A DNA stretch of 35,774 bases from an uncultured Bacteroidales bacterium (GTDB lineage Bacteria; Bacteroidota; Bacteroidia; Bacteroidales; WCHB1-69): contig ONXT01000253.1 of NCBI GenBank assembly GCA_900321845.1, forward strand, positions 1 through 35,774, read 5' to 3'. Positions 16,572-25,090 of this stretch are shown here, piece after piece. A program made the position numbers and the translations under genes. The notes beneath the pieces were generated by a model, which was not told the origin of the DNA, searched no databases, and saw only the letters and a program-made list of their open reading frames with translations. The stretch's first letter is position 1, and the number at the start of each line of letters is the position of its first letter.

Positions 16572-18509
16572 ATGAAAAAATATCTGTTTCAAGGCAAAAA
16601 AATGGCGTTTTTTGCCCTGATATTGCTTTTCGTATCTGCGCTTCACGCACAAACCAATCCCAAAGTAATCGAGCTTTGCAAAAAAGCAAAAGCGGAACTC
16701 AACGCCAAAAACTTCAAAAAGGTGGAAAGCTACCTGAACAAAGCCAAAAAAATTGACTCTACCTGCTACGATATCTATGTAATTCAAGGAGATATGCTCA
16801 ACTTCTCGCTCCGCTCCGCCGAAGCTGCCGACTCCTACAACAAAGCCCTCCACTTCGCCCAAAACCCAAAGCCTCTGCTCTATTTCATTACTGCGGAAGA
16901 AGAGATGAAATGTATGCGCTATGAAAGCGCCCAAAACCACTACAACATCTATCTCGACAAAACCATGCCCAACTGCCCACTGATGAAAGAGACTTACAAA
17001 GCCTTGGCTGACTGCGAGTTCGCTATCGACGCAATGAAACATCCCGTGAAATTCGACCTCATTAACATGGGCGAGAACATCAATTCCGATTATGATGAAT
17101 ACCTACCAGCCGTGGTCGCCGACGAATCGGAAATAATTTTCACGGTCATGCGGCCCCGCGACGATAAAACCGTCTGCGTTTTCTGCCAATCGGAAGAGGA
17201 TTTTTATGCAAGCAAAAAGCAAGATGGAGCTTGGCAACCTCGCTATCCACTTGAATATCCGATTAATACGGGCTATAACGAAGGCGCACAGTGCATTTCT
17301 CCCGACGGTCATTACCTCTTTTTTACGCTATGCAACACAGATTTTGGTAACGGAAGTTGCGATCTCTACTGGTCAAAAAGGATAGGGGAGAGGTGGTCCC
17401 GTCCACGCAATTTCGATGCTCCCGTCAACACAAAGTCTTGGGAATCACAGCCTTCCATCGCTCCAGACGGAAAAACCATCTACTTCGTTTCCAATCGCCC
17501 CGGCGGATTCGGCGGCATGGACATCTGGAAAACTGAAATGACGGAAGAGGGTGTTTTCTCGGTTCCCGTCAATTTGGGTGAAACCATCAATACGGAATAC
17601 GACGAATCCGCGCCCTTCATCCATGCCGATGGTCGCACACTCTATTTCGTCTCCAACGGCCACCCCGGCATGGGCGGACGCGACATTTTTTATACTACAC
17701 TCAACAACGGAGAGTGGTCGAAACCCGTCAACTTGGGCTATCCCATCAACACCAGCGCTGATGAAATAAACCTCCTTATCAACGCCGCTGGTACTACCGC
17801 CTACTTCTCGTCTGATAAAGATGGCGGATTCGGCGGACAAGACCTCTACTATTTCACACTGGACGAAAGTTTGCGCCCAACTCCAGTCACTTACATCAAA
17901 GGTCATGTTTATGATGCCACTACCCATGAACCCCTCAAAGCCACCATCGAACTCATAGACTTAAGCACCAATCAAACAATCACTTACACCAATTCAGATC
18001 CGACAACCGGCGAATTTTTGGCATGTATTCTAACAGGCACGAACGTGATGATGAACGTGTCCAATCCCTATTATCCCTTCTATTCCGAAAACTTCTCCAT
18101 CGAAAAAGACTACTCTCAACTGAATCCTTATTTAAAGAATATACCGCTGCGCAGACCGGAAATTGGCGAAACTTTCGTTTTACGCAATGTTTTCTTCGAT
18201 TTTGACAAGAGTATTCTGAAAAATGAATCTCACATCGAACTTGACAAATTGGTTGCTTATTTGAGCTCAAATCAAAATCTGAAAATCGAAATAGGTGGCC
18301 ATACCGACAACCAAGGCAACGACGACTACAATATGAATTTGTCTTTGCAACGTGCGAAATCTGTTTATAATTATTTGATTTCCAAAGGAATAAGTGCAGA
18401 TAGAATGTCCTATAAGGGCTACGGTGAAACAAAGCCCATCGCTACCAACGATACCGAAGAGGGCAGACAATTAAACCGTAGAACGGAATTTAAAGTAGTA
18501 GGTTATTAA
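16572..18509 (+). CDS. OmpA-family envelope protein (TPR + TolB-like beta-propeller repeats + OmpA C-terminal peptidoglycan-binding domain)
   Basis: 645 aa with a signal peptide. Repeated PD40-like units appear (SPDGHYLFF, APDGKTIYFVSNRPGGFGGMDIW, ADGRTLYFVSNGHPGMGGRDIF, TTAYFSSDKDGGFGGQDLY). The C-terminal OmpA domain reads FDFDKS...GHTDNQGNDDYNMNLSLQRAKSV...NRRTEF. An alternative start is Met11 (16602). Confidence 0.85.
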   Translation: MKKYLFQGKKMAFFALILLFVSALHAQTNPKVIELCKKAKAELNAKNFKKVESYLNKAKKIDSTCYDIYVIQGDMLNFSLRSAEAADSYNKALHFAQNPKPLLYFITAEEEMKCMRYESAQNHYNIYLDKTMPNCPLMKETYKALADCEFAIDAMKHPVKFDLINMGENINSDYDEYLPAVVADESEIIFTVMRPRDDKTVCVFCQSEEDFYASKKQDGAWQPRYPLEYPINTGYNEGAQCISPDGHYLFFTLCNTDFGNGSCDLYWSKRIGERWSRPRNFDAPVNTKSWESQPSIAPDGKTIYFVSNRPGGFGGMDIWKTEMTEEGVFSVPVNLGETINTEYDESAPFIHADGRTLYFVSNGHPGMGGRDIFYTTLNNGEWSKPVNLGYPINTSADEINLLINAAGTTAYFSSDKDGGFGGQDLYYFTLDESLRPTPVTYIKGHVYDATTHEPLKATIELIDLSTNQTITYTNSDPTTGEFLACILTGTNVMMNVSNPYYPFYSENFSIEKDYSQLNPYLKNIPLRRPEIGETFVLRNVFFDFDKSILKNESHIELDKLVAYLSSNQNLKIEIGGHTDNQGNDDYNMNLSLQRAKSVYNYLISKGISADRMSYKGYGETKPIATNDTEEGRQLNRRTEFKVVGY

Positions 18510-18524
18510 TACGTAATTACGATG

Positions 18525-18551
18525 GACTGCTAAATGTAATCAGAAGCAGTC
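18525..18551. terminator. Possible shared hairpin between convergent genes
   Basis: GACTGCT-(13 nt)-AGCAGTC forms a 7-bp stem followed by ATTTT. It lies between the stop at 18509 (+) and the stop at 18561 (-). The large loop makes this a weak call. Confidence 0.3.
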
Positions 18552-18560
18552 ATTTTACTA

Positions 18561-18791
18561 TCACTTTTTGTCTTGGTTGTCATCCTTGTCGTGTCGGGCA
18601 TGGAACACGAAATCCGCTGTAATCCAACCGACTAAAATTCCCCAAATAATGACCAAAACGAGGTTGTTTTTGAAGAAATATTCAGAAAATTGACCGGATT
18701 TGTACCAATAAAATACAGCCAATACAACAAAAATCAATACTCCTGCTATATGAAAATGGTTGAAATTTTTTTTGAAAAAATCAGAATTCAT
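18561..18791 (-). CDS. Small two-helix membrane protein (hypothetical)
   Basis: 76 aa with two hydrophobic spans (IAGVLIFVVLAVFYWY and LVLVIIWGILVGWITADFVF) and a charged tail. It lies 30 nt downstream of the preceding same-strand gene. Confidence 0.5.
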   Translation of the reverse strand: MNSDFFKKNFNHFHIAGVLIFVVLAVFYWYKSGQFSEYFFKNNLVLVIIWGILVGWITADFVFHARHDKDDNQDKK

Positions 18792-18821
18792 TCTTCACTT
18801 TTGGGTTTAATGTTCTAACAA

Positions 18822-19613
18822 TCAATAGTCATCCATATCCTGAATGGCCTTATAGTATTGATATTCATCAAATTTATAACGGATGGTGGAGATGATTTCC
18901 TCTCGCGACCAGCGAATCAAGTCATAGTAGCTGAAATGACAAAAAACCATAAACTCCGTCAATTCTGGATCCTTCAAACCCGTAATCTCCATCACCATTT
19001 CCCTGTTGAACTTTTGAGGAACCTGCTCTACCTCATCCCCATAGCTTTCCAGCTCATAGTAGAGCCTCTTCATTTTCATCTTTTTATTAAAAGTATTGTA
19101 AAGGAAAGTAATAGGACTTGCTAACTTTGTGTTTTTCAATATATTAGGCGCTTCCTCCGTATAAGTGGCATTTCGCCGTTGCTCTTTGCTGAGGTGCGAA
19201 TTGGCCTCTAAATTCTTATAGGATTCCGAAAGCGGCCGGGAAGCCACATCCTTTTTAAAGCCCTCATACGTAGGATTCAACGAAATAATCGTCACGCCGG
19301 GAAGCATAAATGGCTTGATATACAATAAATAACTTTTTTTGCCTCTATTGAACGTGAAATTATCGATTACAGCGATTAATTGTCGATGCGAGGAAGAGGT
19401 AATCATCAGGGAATCATTCAGTTGCACACTCATCGTGAATTCACCATCGCTATTGGTGAAAGCATATTTGTGAGTCCGCATATTTTGAATACTCGCCCCT
19501 TTGATGGGTTCGGATCCGTAGGCATCATAAACTCTTCCCTCCAATGTTTTGGTCTGTGAAAACAAGGGAAACAAAGCAAGCAAGAAACAACAAAAGGTGA
19601 TTAGCTTTCTCAT
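18822..19613 (-). CDS. Secreted protein with N-terminal carboxypeptidase-regulatory-like (CarboxypepD_reg-like) domain
   Basis: 263 aa with signal peptide MRKLITFCCFLLALFPLFSQ. LEGRVYDAYGSEPIKGASIQ...TNSDGEFTMSV is the typical pattern of that beta-sandwich domain. The C-terminal helical part is unrecognised. Confidence 0.6.
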   Translation of the reverse strand: MRKLITFCCFLLALFPLFSQTKTLEGRVYDAYGSEPIKGASIQNMRTHKYAFTNSDGEFTMSVQLNDSLMITSSSHRQLIAVIDNFTFNRGKKSYLLYIKPFMLPGVTIISLNPTYEGFKKDVASRPLSESYKNLEANSHLSKEQRRNATYTEEAPNILKNTKLASPITFLYNTFNKKMKMKRLYYELESYGDEVEQVPQKFNREMVMEITGLKDPELTEFMVFCHFSYYDLIRWSREEIISTIRYKFDEYQYYKAIQDMDDY

Positions 19614-20023
19614 CTACAGAAGTTATTAACGCCTATACTTTTCTATTATTTTAAATTAGATAATTTAAAGATTGATTATCTTAATCTATAATATGATTAT
19701 AATGCCTTGTTGAATTGTCGATATCTTTTTTCTATTTATTTGGTCATGTCACTTATCACTATTTATCAACTTCTTTTCAACATTGTTTCAGGGGATAATC
19801 CATTGATTTTGAAAGAAACTGACAATTCCATTTTTTTTGTCAAAAACTATTTTAGTTGATAAATCATGATTGGAAATTTTAGTTTTTTTGTTGAAAATGG
19901 CGGTTGAAATCAGACCTTTTTTATTGATAACTTTTGGTAACTTTTTGATGATTTTTTATTCACTTTTTGTTCACTGGAAACCTTGATTTATCAAGGGTTT
20001 ATCAACATTTTATTGTTGAAAAA

Positions 20024-21034
20024 TTAGTGTATTGATTTAGAGCGGTTTGTCAATAAAAGGAAGATAAAATAGGGCGCGCCGGCAATGGCGGTAATACTTC
20101 CGACAGGTAATTCCGAGGGCGCGGCAATCGTACGAGCGATTGTGTCAGCGGCCAGACAGAAAAAGGCTCCAAAAACAATGGAAAAGGCGAAAACTGTACG
20201 ATTATTATTGCCAAACAACAATCGCGTGATGTGAGGAATAATGAGTCCGATGAAGCCTATCACTCCGCAACAGGCAACGGTTGCGGCAATCATAATGGAC
20301 GATGCAATTAGTATCACCCATGTCGTCAATTGCGTATTTACTCCAGACGTTTGGGCTGTTTCCGTACCTAATTGCATAATATTCAAGTTCTTAGCATTCA
20401 AAAACAAAATAAATCCGCCTATCAGGAAAACAAAAGTCAGACCCAAAACCTCAATCCAAGTTGCCGAGGCAAAGCTTCCCATCGTCCAGAAGATGATTTC
20501 TTCCAAGGATTCTTGGTTCAGCACCATCAACATGGTGATAACGGCAGAGATGAGAAAGTTAAGCGTAATACCTGCTAACAGAATGGTTTCTACGGTTTTA
20601 CGTTTTCCCGTGTAGGCGATTCCGAGTATAAGGATGAGGGTTAATAAGGCTGTTAAAAGTGCCATTCCGGTAATACCGAAAGCGAAAATGTTCAGTCCGA
20701 GGATGATGGCAATGGCGGCGCCGAGTGAGGCACCGGAAGAGATCCCCAGGATGTACGGGTCGCAGATGGGATTGCGGAAAATGGCCTGGAAAGAGGCGCC
20801 GCAAATGGCCAATGAAGCTCCTGCGAGCAAACTCAACAGGATTCTTGGTATTCGTAGGTTCCAGATGGCGATTTCAAAAGTCGCAAATTCCGTTGGAATC
20901 GGCTGCCCTGAAATTTTAGCACCCAAAATGGTCCAAACTGCTTCCCACGGCACGTTTATCACACCGATGCAAGCCGCTGCCATTGCGGAAAGTATTATGA
21001 CTATGCAACTTATGATTAGGGCTACCTTTTTCAT
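20024..21034 (-). CDS. FecCD/BtuC-family ABC transporter permease (iron-siderophore/cobalamin type)
   Basis: I place the start at MKKVALIISCIV (ATG at 21034), giving 336 aa. It has about 9-10 TM helices and family blocks LRIPRILLSLLAGASLAICGASFQAIFRNPICDPYILGISSGASLGAA and GVIGFIGLIIPHITRLL. Confidence 0.9.
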   Translation of the reverse strand: MKKVALIISCIVIILSAMAAACIGVINVPWEAVWTILGAKISGQPIPTEFATFEIAIWNLRIPRILLSLLAGASLAICGASFQAIFRNPICDPYILGISSGASLGAAIAIILGLNIFAFGITGMALLTALLTLILILGIAYTGKRKTVETILLAGITLNFLISAVITMLMVLNQESLEEIIFWTMGSFASATWIEVLGLTFVFLIGGFILFLNAKNLNIMQLGTETAQTSGVNTQLTTWVILIASSIMIAATVACCGVIGFIGLIIPHITRLLFGNNNRTVFAFSIVFGAFFCLAADTIARTIAAPSELPVGSITAIAGAPYFIFLLLTNRSKSIH

Positions 21035-21087
21035 TTCAGCTGCAAAAATACTTATTTTAAATTGAATAGGAATTGCCATCTTTTTTT

Positions 21088-21095
21088 ATATCTTT
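21088..21095 (+). promoter_or_regulatory. -7 promoter box (TATCTTTG) for thpR
   Basis: Exact TAnnTTTG match, 33 nt upstream of the ATG at 21128. Confidence 0.5.
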
Positions 21096-21127
21096 GCAAT
21101 TCAATCTCATCCCCCATTATTGTTGCC

Positions 21128-21688
21128 ATGCGACTTTTCATAGCATTTCCTATTATTCTTGCTCCGGAATACGATCCGATGCTGGCCGAACTTCATCGAC
21201 GGATGGCCAACGATAAAATTGTGTGGTCAAAATCGGAGGTTCATCATCTCACGCTCCGTTTTTTGGGTAAAACGCCGAACGGTCAGTTGCCTCTGCTTAG
21301 GGAAATTTTGAAGGATGTGGCCAGTAAAACGCCTTCTTTTACTTTGGAAATCAACAAATTGGGAGTTTTCGGCCATACTTACAAGCCGGAAATCATCTGG
21401 CTTGGATTTCAGGAGCAGCCCATTTTGAAAACGATGTTTGAAATGCTGGAGAAAAGTTTGGTTGAACACGGTTTCACCCCTGAGCATGGTCATTTCGTTC
21501 CTCATATCACCTTGGGTAGAATCAAGCAGGTGGACAACAAAAAAAGGTTCTGGAAAGCCGTGGAAAATTTACAACCAACTTATAATCAATTAATTAACGT
21601 AGATAAAGTGGTTTTATTCCGAAGTCAACTTGAAAAAGAAGGTCCCATTTATACTCCGCTTAACCAATATTCATTAATCACTGATTAA
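21128..21688 (+). CDS. thpR: RNA 2',3'-cyclic phosphodiesterase (2H phosphoesterase, ThpR/LigT)
   Basis: I place the start at MRLFIAFPI (ATG at 21128), giving 186 aa. It has the two HxT/Sx motifs of the 2H superfamily: HHLTLRFLG and PHITLGR. Confidence 0.88.
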   Translation: MRLFIAFPIILAPEYDPMLAELHRRMANDKIVWSKSEVHHLTLRFLGKTPNGQLPLLREILKDVASKTPSFTLEINKLGVFGHTYKPEIIWLGFQEQPILKTMFEMLEKSLVEHGFTPEHGHFVPHITLGRIKQVDNKKRFWKAVENLQPTYNQLINVDKVVLFRSQLEKEGPIYTPLNQYSLITD

Positions 21689-21707
21689 TAATGAATATCA
21701 AAAAAAA

Positions 21708-21734
21708 AGCCCGTCAAAACGACGGGCTTTTTTG
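21708..21734. terminator. Bidirectional intrinsic terminator between convergent thpR and the T9SS cargo gene
   Basis: AAAAAAAA-GCCCGTC-aaaac-GACGGGC-TTTTTT. This is a GC-rich 7-bp stem flanked by an A-tract and a T-tract, so it can terminate transcription from either direction. Confidence 0.75.
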
Positions 21735-21752
21735 AAGTGTATGTAAGAAAAA

Positions 21753-23213
21753 TTATCTTACGATGCTGATTTTGGAAGTAGCAACTTTGCCGTTGTTGTT
21801 TACGCGTACAACATAGATACCTTCAGCGAGGTCAGCTACATTGATAGCAGCGTTAGCGTTGGCAACTTCGATGCTGAGAACTTCTTGACCAGTAATGTTG
21901 AACAAGGAGATTTGAGAACCAGCTGCGTTTTCAACGTTGATAACGTTGTTGGCAGGATTCGGGAATACGTTAACGCCGTTAACGGTCATTTCGTTAACGC
22001 CCAGGTCGTTGTAGTAGTTAACACACCAATCGTTGTTGTCAGGGTTCGGGTCAATTGAACCATCGGTGCTAACCCAATCAACGTGGAAGCAGAGTTCGAG
22101 AGGCCAAGTCAGACCATACTCACCGAAATCGGTTTCTTCGATCGGGATTTCGTCGTTAGGCATGGAGAAGATGGCGATACGGTTGTTGTTCGGGTCACCG
22201 AATTTGTAACCATAGCCAGCATCCAATTGGGTGTCAGTCGGATCGGTAGCACTCGGCCAAGTCTGAGACAATTCGCCATTGAACAGGTCGGTAACTTCAG
22301 GAAGTTGGTCGCAAGTCAGCGTCCAAGTAACAGTACCGATGGCAGGATCAGTACCACCATTGTAAGAAGCGCCGTAGAAGCAGAGTGAATCTGTGTAGTG
22401 AGCATCGAGGTGTACTTCGTTTACTTCAGTGGGAGAGCTGTTGATGTCGTTCGGGTCATACATTTCAACATACCAATCGCACTTCGGAACATAAGCAGTA
22501 CCATCGTTAGCATAGATGCTCAGATAGAAAGGTTGGAAGGTGTAAATGGTAGCATCTGGATTTTCTTCGTCAACTTGACCGAATCTGTATTGCCACCAAC
22601 CCGGGTCGGAAACCAAATTCGCCAGAGATTCGCCATAGTGAGCAGCTTCTTCTGCGCTGTGGTCGCCAGTAAGACCGGCAACACCATCGTTGGTAACAGT
22701 GATGGTAACCCAGAATTCAGTACCTGCAACAACGGTATAGGGGTTGGTCAGGGTAACCTCTTGACGGCCTTCTGAAGCACCGGCAGCACTGTAAACCATG
22801 CTGCTTACCAAAGTACCTTCGTTAGCAGTTTGGGTAGGAGTTGCATTGGGATCGTAAGTCCATGAACCACCTTGATAAATGGAGATGGTGTATTCATCGT
22901 TCGTGTAGGTTTCGTAACCTACTCCCCAATAATCAGCCGGGTGGAAGTGAATGAAAGCTACTTTTTCAATAACGGTACCAGCTTGAATGGCATCGGCGGG
23001 AACGCGGAGAGCATAAGCGCTACCAGCGGGCATACGGAAGTTGCCATCCCATGTTGCCCAACCATACCAATCGGTACGCAGTTGTTCATTGTTTACCGCA
23101 ACGCCTTCGGGCATCGGCATTACCGGCAATTGTGCGAAAGCCATCGTTGTGAAGGCAATTGCAACTAAAAGGGTAAATAATTTTTTCATAACTTTTAAAA
23201 TTAAGTTGAACAA
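21753..23213 (-). CDS. Secreted protein of unknown function with T9SS C-terminal sorting domain
   Basis: 486 aa with signal peptide MKKLFTLLVAIAFTTMAFAQ (alternative start 23189). The last ~75 aa (VNVFPNPANNVINVENAAGSQISLFNITGQEVLSIEVANANAAINVADLAEGIYVVRVNNNGKVATSKISIVR) are a canonical Por secretion tail. I see no recognisable catalytic motif in the N-terminal part. Confidence 0.85.
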   Translation of the reverse strand: MFNLILKVMKKLFTLLVAIAFTTMAFAQLPVMPMPEGVAVNNEQLRTDWYGWATWDGNFRMPAGSAYALRVPADAIQAGTVIEKVAFIHFHPADYWGVGYETYTNDEYTISIYQGGSWTYDPNATPTQTANEGTLVSSMVYSAAGASEGRQEVTLTNPYTVVAGTEFWVTITVTNDGVAGLTGDHSAEEAAHYGESLANLVSDPGWWQYRFGQVDEENPDATIYTFQPFYLSIYANDGTAYVPKCDWYVEMYDPNDINSSPTEVNEVHLDAHYTDSLCFYGASYNGGTDPAIGTVTWTLTCDQLPEVTDLFNGELSQTWPSATDPTDTQLDAGYGYKFGDPNNNRIAIFSMPNDEIPIEETDFGEYGLTWPLELCFHVDWVSTDGSIDPNPDNNDWCVNYYNDLGVNEMTVNGVNVFPNPANNVINVENAAGSQISLFNITGQEVLSIEVANANAAINVADLAEGIYVVRVNNNGKVATSKISIVR

Positions 23214-23226
23214 TAAATTTTGGCGG

Positions 23227-23234
23227 CAAAGATA
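23227..23234 (-). promoter_or_regulatory. -7 promoter box (TATCTTTG on minus strand) for the T9SS cargo gene
   Basis: The + strand reads CAAAGATA. It lies 14 nt upstream of ATG 23213 and 38 nt upstream of ATG 23189. Confidence 0.5.
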
Positions 23235-23359
23235 CTACAAATTTTCAATTGTTCGCCTCCATGCAGTAAAAATTAATAAATTTTAATGATTGAAGGAGAT
23301 GATGAAGTTGTTTTCCGTTAGGCAAAGTCAAATTCTTTGTCATTGTCAAATTCTTTTTG

Positions 23360-23367
23360 TACTTTTG
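23360..23367 (+). promoter_or_regulatory. -7 promoter box (TACTTTTG) for the DegT-family aminotransferase gene
   Basis: Exact TAnnTTTG match, 17 nt upstream of ATG 23384. This supports the internal start over the tracked ATG at 23357. Confidence 0.5.
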
Positions 23368-23383
23368 CACAAATTTTAATCCA

Positions 23384-24502
23384 ATGGAAATAAAGATGGT
23401 GGATTTGCAGACGCAGTATCTGCATATTAAAAAGGAAATAGATGAAGCGATAGCGAAAGTGATTGATTCCACGGCATTTATCAATGGTCCCGTGGTGAAG
23501 GAATTTCAAGAAAACTTAGCGAACTACGTCGGGTGCAAGCACGTGATAACCTGCGGAAATGGCACCGATGCACTCCAGATTTCTCTGATGGCACTCGGTT
23601 TGCAGCCAGGTGACGAGGTGATTACCACGCCTTTCACCTTCATCGCGACGGCGGAAGTGGCGGGGCTGTTGGGTTTCAAGCCCGTCTTCGTGGATGTTCA
23701 TCCCGACACATTCAATATTGATGCTTCTAAAATTGAAGCGGCCATCACTCCGAGAACCAAGGCCATTGTGCCGGTTCACCTCTTCGGGCAGTGCGCCGAC
23801 ATGTCAGAGATTCTCCGGATCGCCCGCAAGCACGCCCTTCCTGTGGTGGAGGATGCGTGTCAGGCTATCGGGGCGACCATAGACGGCAAAATGGCGGGTA
23901 CGATGGGCGACATCGGTTGCACCTCGTTCTTCCCATCCAAGAATCTGGGCTGCTACGGCGACGGCGGCGCCATTTTCACCAATGATGACGCGCTTGCCAC
24001 CCGCCTTCGCGGCATCGCCAACCACGGCTCTTTCGTGAAGTACCATCATGATATGATAGGCGTGAACTCCCGTCTCGACAGTATCCAAGCGGCCATTCTC
24101 AATGTGAAGCTGCGCCATCTTGACGAATTTACGGCAGCCCGCCAGAAAGCGGCAGAGACTTACAATCGCCTCCTTGCCGACTGCGACTGGGTTTCCACGC
24201 CCGCCGTCGCACCCTTTACCACGCATGTCTATCACCAATATACGCTTCGTTTGCGCGAGGACATCGACCGCGCCCGAGTGATTGAAAAGCTCAAGGCTCT
24301 TGGTATCCCGGCAATGATTTACTATCCGGTGCCGCTCCACTTGCAGAAGGCCTTCGTTTCCTCCGGTTTCCGCGAAGGTGATTTCCCAGTCGCGGAAAAG
24401 CTCTCGCGCACAGTCCTCTCCCTGCCTATGCACACTGAATTGGACGAAAAACAACAGGAATTCATTGTTGAATCATTAAAATCAACCTCAAAGTCATGCT
24501 AA
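23384..24502 (+). CDS. DegT/DnrJ/EryC1/StrS-family PLP-dependent sugar aminotransferase
   Basis: About 372 aa from MEIKMVDLQTQY. Family blocks are FINGPVVKEFE, ITCGNGTDAL and FFPSKNLGCYGDGGAIFTND (PLP-Lys in SKN). Confidence 0.9.
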   Translation: MEIKMVDLQTQYLHIKKEIDEAIAKVIDSTAFINGPVVKEFQENLANYVGCKHVITCGNGTDALQISLMALGLQPGDEVITTPFTFIATAEVAGLLGFKPVFVDVHPDTFNIDASKIEAAITPRTKAIVPVHLFGQCADMSEILRIARKHALPVVEDACQAIGATIDGKMAGTMGDIGCTSFFPSKNLGCYGDGGAIFTNDDALATRLRGIANHGSFVKYHHDMIGVNSRLDSIQAAILNVKLRHLDEFTAARQKAAETYNRLLADCDWVSTPAVAPFTTHVYHQYTLRLREDIDRARVIEKLKALGIPAMIYYPVPLHLQKAFVSSGFREGDFPVAEKLSRTVLSLPMHTELDEKQQEFIVESLKSTSKSC

Positions 24503-25053
24503 TCATTGGAATCACAGGCACCTTGGGTGCGGGGAAGGGAACGGTTGTAGAATATTTAAAGGAAAAGTATGGGTTTGCGCATTTTTCGGTGCGTGATTTC
24601 CTGAAGGAGGAGGTGGCGAAGCGCGGGATGCCGCAGAACCGCGACTCCTTCACTTCGGTGGCAAATGATTTGCGGGCGCAGCATTCCCCCTCTTACATAG
24701 TGGACCAGTTGTATCTTCGTGCGGCCGAACTCCAGGATCCTGACATTAAAGGGGCTGTCATTGAAAGCGTACGCACTCCCGGCGAGATCGATTCTTTGCA
24801 ATCCAAAGGCGATTTCCAGCTCTGGGCGGTGGATGCGGATGCCAAAATCCGCTACCAGCGGGCAGTGCTCCGCAATTCCGAAACCGACCACGTTACTTTC
24901 GAAACGTTCGTTAGCAACGAGCAGCGCGAAATGAACTCCTCCGACCCCAACAAGCAGAACCTCGCCGAGTGCATCCGGCGCGCCGCTCACGTACTGAACA
25001 ACGACGGCACACTCCAGCAACTGCACGCGCAAGTGGATGCCCTTATGTGTTAG
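24496..25053 (+). CDS. P-loop nucleotide/nucleoside kinase-like protein (dephospho-CoA kinase / adenylate kinase superfamily)
   Basis: 185 aa with Walker A MLIIGITGTLGAGKGT. Size and layout fit small NMP-kinase-fold proteins, but I cannot tell the substrate. Its start overlaps the DegT stop by 7 nt. Confidence 0.65.
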   Translation: MLIIGITGTLGAGKGTVVEYLKEKYGFAHFSVRDFLKEEVAKRGMPQNRDSFTSVANDLRAQHSPSYIVDQLYLRAAELQDPDIKGAVIESVRTPGEIDSLQSKGDFQLWAVDADAKIRYQRAVLRNSETDHVTFETFVSNEQREMNSSDPNKQNLAECIRRAAHVLNNDGTLQQLHAQVDALMC

Positions 25054-25090
25054 CTTAGATAACAAAATACAGATTATAAATCAAAATATC

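Noticed and set aside
19746-19859. 37-codon + strand ORF (MSLITIYQLLFNIVSGDNPLILKETDNSIFFVKNYFS) inside the 410-bp gap, and a 13-codon ORF after it
   Set aside because: It has no promoter box and no recognisable peptide features. It lies on the strand opposite to both flanking genes, and an ORF of this length is expected by chance in AT-rich DNA.
19614-20023. Replication origin (oriC) interpretation of the AT-rich TTATCAAC-repeat region, prompted by one-mismatch similarity to the DnaA box and by mnmG (gidA) lying 6 kb away
   Set aside because: No copy matches TTATCCACA exactly. There is no dnaA or dnaN nearby. Genes on both sides of the gap are on the same (minus) strand and do not diverge. 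I cannot compute GC skew here. It stays only as a remote alternative within the finding.
23384-25053. Visibly GC-richer stretch (DegT plus kinase) as a possible horizontally acquired island
   Set aside because: mutS, gap and mnmG show similarly elevated GC, so this looks like gene-specific codon and amino-acid composition. There are no flanking repeats, tRNA-adjacent integration scars or mobility genes. Nothing was computed.
23804-25065. Long minus-strand ORFs 23804..24454 (216 aa) and 24556..25065 (169 aa)
   Set aside because: They are antisense to the DegT aminotransferase and the P-loop kinase, both of which have clear family motifs. The GC-rich third positions of the real genes suppress stops on the opposite strand.
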